Positions 60,604 to 64,000 of a stretch of 64,000 bases of DNA are shown here, one piece after another. Source of the DNA: Schizochytrium sp. TIO01 (taxonomy: Eukaryota; Protista; Bigyra: Labyrinthulomycetes); the NCBI GenBank assembly GCA_004764695.1, contig SMSO01000032.1:372001-436000 (forward strand). The letters are read 5' to 3'. The translations under genes and the position numbers were made by a program. The notes beneath the pieces are model-generated. The model was given only the letters and a program-made list of their open reading frames with translations, was not told where the DNA came from and did not search any database. How positions within the stretch are numbered: the stretch's first letter is position 1; each line of letters opens with the position of its first letter.

Positions 60604-60900
60604 TATACTATCTAACCTGATAACCCATTTTTTATTTCATGTGCTAACGTTAATCTTTTGAATTCTTTTTTCGATACCCGAAATTATTCGTGAAAAACAG
60701 CTGAACTGTAATTTGTATTTCAGATTTTATTCGCAACTTAGGTCTATCATCCGTGATCGCTACTATGAGAGATATTTGGTAGAACGTATGCAACAAAAGA
60801 ATGGTGCTATATAAGTATTACGATTTTTTCAAATTAGATTGAATAACGCAGAACCTACTCAGAATGCACTCTAAAGCCCTTTTGCAGAAGCATAGAAAAA

Positions 60901-60919
60901 GGGGGGGAGGGGGGGGAGG
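60901..60919 (+). repeat. Poly-G tract
   Basis: gggggggagggggggggagg. Confidence 0.8.
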
Positions 60920-61078
60920 AAGAAACATTAAGGATAGTGGTAGTGGTTTCCATGGGGAAGTTTCTTATTGCAAAAGCGGAGAAAAAGTTAGACTTTAGAG
61001 TAAACCTATCTATGAAGTTGAATAAAAGCCTTGCAGAATTATACTAAGTTTGTTATGGCTTTGGGGTTTTGCACATAG

Positions 61079-61131
61079 TGTATATACATAGATATCTATA
61101 TATCTATATACATAGATATATAGATAGATAT
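61079..61131. repeat. (TA)/(TAGA) compound microsatellite immediately after the F-box gene stop codon
   Basis: tgtatatacatagatatctatatatctatatacatagatatatagatagatat. Confidence 0.85.
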
Positions 61132-63029
61132 TAACCATAAACACCATCCGGCAAAGCAGCGCCAACCAGGACTTGCTTTTGCAAATAAGTGCGCTGGAGA
61201 CGATCAGCCGTCGCCTTGTCTAAGGAGGTCCCGCGGATATTCAACGATTGTAGAGACTCCAGCTTAAGAACATTCTTGATACCTGTAATGCTGATCTGTT
61301 TACATCCATAAAGATTAAGGTTCTCGAGTTTCGGACACGAACGCACGACCTTATCAAGAAACTCATCCGTCACTTGTGTTGTAGCAACATTTAAATGTGT
61401 AAGATGGACAAGAATGTCGATACGCACAAATGCTTCATCCGTTAAACGTCGACAACCTCCCAGAGCAAGTTTTCGAAGAAATTTGCACTTCATGATTTGC
61501 TGGGCCACTTCTTCATCTAGCAAATCATCCAAGTTACGAAGAGTTAAGCTTGTGAGATGTCTGCAACGCAGCATAAAGTCAAGCAAGTGGCGTCGCTCTT
61601 CCAAAGTCGAGACAGCAGCATACTCGCCGTTAACGCGAATGCCAAAAACATGTTGCTCCGCAGCACGACACCAATCTTTCGATACAAGTCGCGCAGTACG
61701 CACCCATCGACCCTTATACTGAAGGATTTTGTATACCAGATCATGTGGAAGCCTTTGCAAAAGGCGAAGCCATTCTGCATCTTCTTTGCTGATTTTTTTG
61801 GGCGCATCAAGCTGAGTGAGACGCTCTGGTGGCTGAGCATTTCCACTTAGTCGAACCAAATGCTTCAGTTGAGGAGGTGCTACAACAAAGAGCCCTTCTT
61901 CAATAGAACTTAGCTGGAGGTGCGCGTGCCCTGGCTTAGCTACAAGAAAACAACCAGGCCGACTACAGCTTTCTAACGTTACGATATCCCCAAAGCACAA
62001 TGTACGATCATTCAACTCAGACGTCATGCTAAGTAACAGATTGTCTGCATCACTTAGTTGAACTTCTTCTGTCGATGAGCGCTCTGAGGGTGCAGTTTGC
62101 GATCTAGCAGAATAATGTTGGTGTTGGGACAGAAGCTGAAATTCTAAATTAGGACGCGCCGTTAATTGACGCGCGTCGTTTGATCCTGATCCTCCTTGAG
62201 GCGGAGTTCTGGAACGTGATCCTGCATGCAAATCGCTTTGGGAATGACGACGCATTGTAGATGCCCCACGTTCCCCCCCACCTGTCGCAGGTGAAAGTCC
62301 AGGCCCATATCGCTGCATAGATGTTTCATCAAGTGAAGGGCGTCGTAACCCAAAGGTTTGCAAGACCTTGAGCTTACGCCGAAAGTAGCTTGGTGATCGC
62401 TGAGCTCGCTGTAACCTTTGTTCGTCAGCATCTGCATTTTGCCCTGCAGAGTATCGCCGCACTTGCCATTCATATAGACGAGGTTCTTTGGCCATGTGCT
62501 GGGCGTTTGATCTCCAGTGCAAGCGGCGCGTGGATTGAGCACCAGGACAAAGATATTTCCCGGAACCAATATTTGCGTATATTGTGACAACATGGCCATC
62601 TTCTACGTTGATAAGATCTTTATCACCACGAAAATTGATTTGTTCAGCACCCTGTGAATGGAAAGTGATGAGGCTTGTAGCATCGACAATTTTGGTCTGG
62701 CCTACGGTCTGGCCATCGGAAGAATACAAGTAGAATGTAGACTCCAACCCTCGCAGGAAAAACGTAGATGCATAAGCCACAGGGCTTCCAAAGCCGCGTG
62801 CTTCATCAATGTTTAAATTGTTCAGTTCCTGCGAGCGTGCATCTGGATCGCTATTGTTTCCTCGATACACTCCTGCTGCATACAGATCATGCTCGTTGTC
62901 ATCGTCACCATCATCAAAGTCAAAACCATAATCATTGTGAGTTTGCGGGAGAAATGTGGGCTCTGGCCCACATTCTACAGTACCTCCAACAAAGGAGGGC
63001 AGCGGAAGCAAGCTTAGCCGGTTACCCAT
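61131..63029 (-). CDS. F-box/LRR (FBXL-type) protein with a long N-terminal extension
   Basis: F-box LQRLPHDLVYKILQY...RLVSKDW, followed by Cys-containing LRRs LRKLALGGCRRLTD and LENLNLYGCKQIS. The MGNRLS start is a possible myristoylation site. Confidence 0.88.
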   Translation of the reverse strand: MGNRLSLLPLPSFVGGTVECGPEPTFLPQTHNDYGFDFDDGDDDNEHDLYAAGVYRGNNSDPDARSQELNNLNIDEARGFGSPVAYASTFFLRGLESTFYLYSSDGQTVGQTKIVDATSLITFHSQGAEQINFRGDKDLINVEDGHVVTIYANIGSGKYLCPGAQSTRRLHWRSNAQHMAKEPRLYEWQVRRYSAGQNADADEQRLQRAQRSPSYFRRKLKVLQTFGLRRPSLDETSMQRYGPGLSPATGGGERGASTMRRHSQSDLHAGSRSRTPPQGGSGSNDARQLTARPNLEFQLLSQHQHYSARSQTAPSERSSTEEVQLSDADNLLLSMTSELNDRTLCFGDIVTLESCSRPGCFLVAKPGHAHLQLSSIEEGLFVVAPPQLKHLVRLSGNAQPPERLTQLDAPKKISKEDAEWLRLLQRLPHDLVYKILQYKGRWVRTARLVSKDWCRAAEQHVFGIRVNGEYAAVSTLEERRHLLDFMLRCRHLTSLTLRNLDDLLDEEVAQQIMKCKFLRKLALGGCRRLTDEAFVRIDILVHLTHLNVATTQVTDEFLDKVVRSCPKLENLNLYGCKQISITGIKNVLKLESLQSLNIRGTSLDKATADRLQRTYLQKQVLVGAALPDGVYG

Positions 63030-63977
63030 CCTTGCTCTACCAGCTCAAACTTGGAAATTGAAGTTAAAAATCTCCGCTGCAGTTCTGAAATGAGGAGAAA
63101 CTTGAGTCGCTGGTTTGGAAGGGTAGTTTACCAACGCCCTGTAAGTAATCCTTAAAGCAAATTGATCCGTCTAGGCAAATGTTAAGTATGGTTGGTCTAC
63201 AACTTCGAAGGAAAGGTTTCAACTGAGTATGCGAACCTTGCTTTAAGCTGACAAGGTACCCATGAAAATAACAGAAACAATACCTTTGCAGTATTCTTGC
63301 AGAATAAAGCAGCGGTGAAGTGGTGTAGCCAACTTTCTGCAGTATGGAGAGAACCTTCGCTGCCAAAAGTTAATAATGCGTAGACACGATCAGGTTGGGG
63401 TACTAGCAAAGTTGTACTCCCCAAATGGGACTTGAAGACTGGGGAGGGATGGGTTAGCAATATGCAGCTAGCACAACGGGCCAAGCCTCTTTCTTATCGA
63501 TGAGTCGTTGAACCGAGACTCCCTGGTAGCGCAGACACACAGGGGGGTTGTCAAGTTCGCAAAATCGCCCACCAGATTCCGTCCTCACAGTCCACCCAAG
63601 CTCCGCAAGGTTCGCTTCGCAAGCTCCCGCCCAAAGTTCGTCTTGGCTTGGCAGTTCTCGCTTTGCTTTTACTTTTATTACAGAATACTACTTCTATGTT
63701 AGAAACAATACTCAATTATTCATTGACTCGTCCTCAAAATGACAACTTGGTTTCGACTCACCACGAGTAAGCTAAATAAGGAAGTGGTGGCATTTCATTG
63801 CAGATACAGAGCGTAGCGACCTCCGAGCTTATTTTGTCTTCACAGTAGGAATCAAATTGATCTTTTTGTGGGTTACCTTCGTTTTCAGCTGTGCCGTTCT
63901 CGCAAGTTCGGATCAGGCAGGTATGCAATTTCCCTAGGTATTTTATTAAGGGATACCCTAGGCCACTTGTAAGAAAT

Positions 63978-64000
63978 TCTTTTCTTTTCTTTCTTTTCTT
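63978..64000 (+). repeat. (TTTTC)n tract at the window edge
   Basis: tcttttcttttctttcttttctt. Confidence 0.7.

Noticed and set aside
1-64000. CRISPR arrays, rRNA, tRNA, intact transposons or telomeric repeats
   Set aside because: No regularly spaced repeat-spacer structure, cloverleaf, rRNA signature, transposase/RT ORF or TTAGGG array was recognised by eye. tRNAscan-SE, Infernal and RepeatModeler would be needed to exclude them formally.

Overview
Eukaryotic, intron-poor genomic DNA. Gene content, long single-exon CDSs and AT-rich spacers suggest a stramenopile, probably thraustochytrid/labyrinthulid-like; this is inference, not verified. About 15 protein genes are supported: a giant polytopic membrane protein fused to a PelF/DUF3492-type GT4 glycosyltransferase (split by a +1 frame break), a claudin-like 4-TM protein (+1 break), a CxxC...CxxC hypothetical, CENP-I, a mitoribosomal mS45/Bot1-like protein, a UBZ4 zinc-finger protein, a kinesin (+1 break), a DHRS7B-like SDR, mitochondrial ClpB/Hsp78, an RNI-like LRR protein, an ascorbate peroxidase, RRN3, an S10 carboxypeptidase, a single-pass membrane protein with two different kinase domains (TKL plus MAP2K-like), and an F-box/LRR protein. 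The most notable items are: (1) a Pel/galactosaminogalactan-type polymerase-exporter fusion in a protist; (2) a membrane-anchored TKL-Tudor-like-MAP2K tandem kinase; (3) a decayed MutS ATPase-domain relic in an ORF-poor spacer; and (4) three or four frame breaks that are all +1, most likely assembly errors. No rRNA, tRNA, CRISPR array or intact mobile element was recognised.
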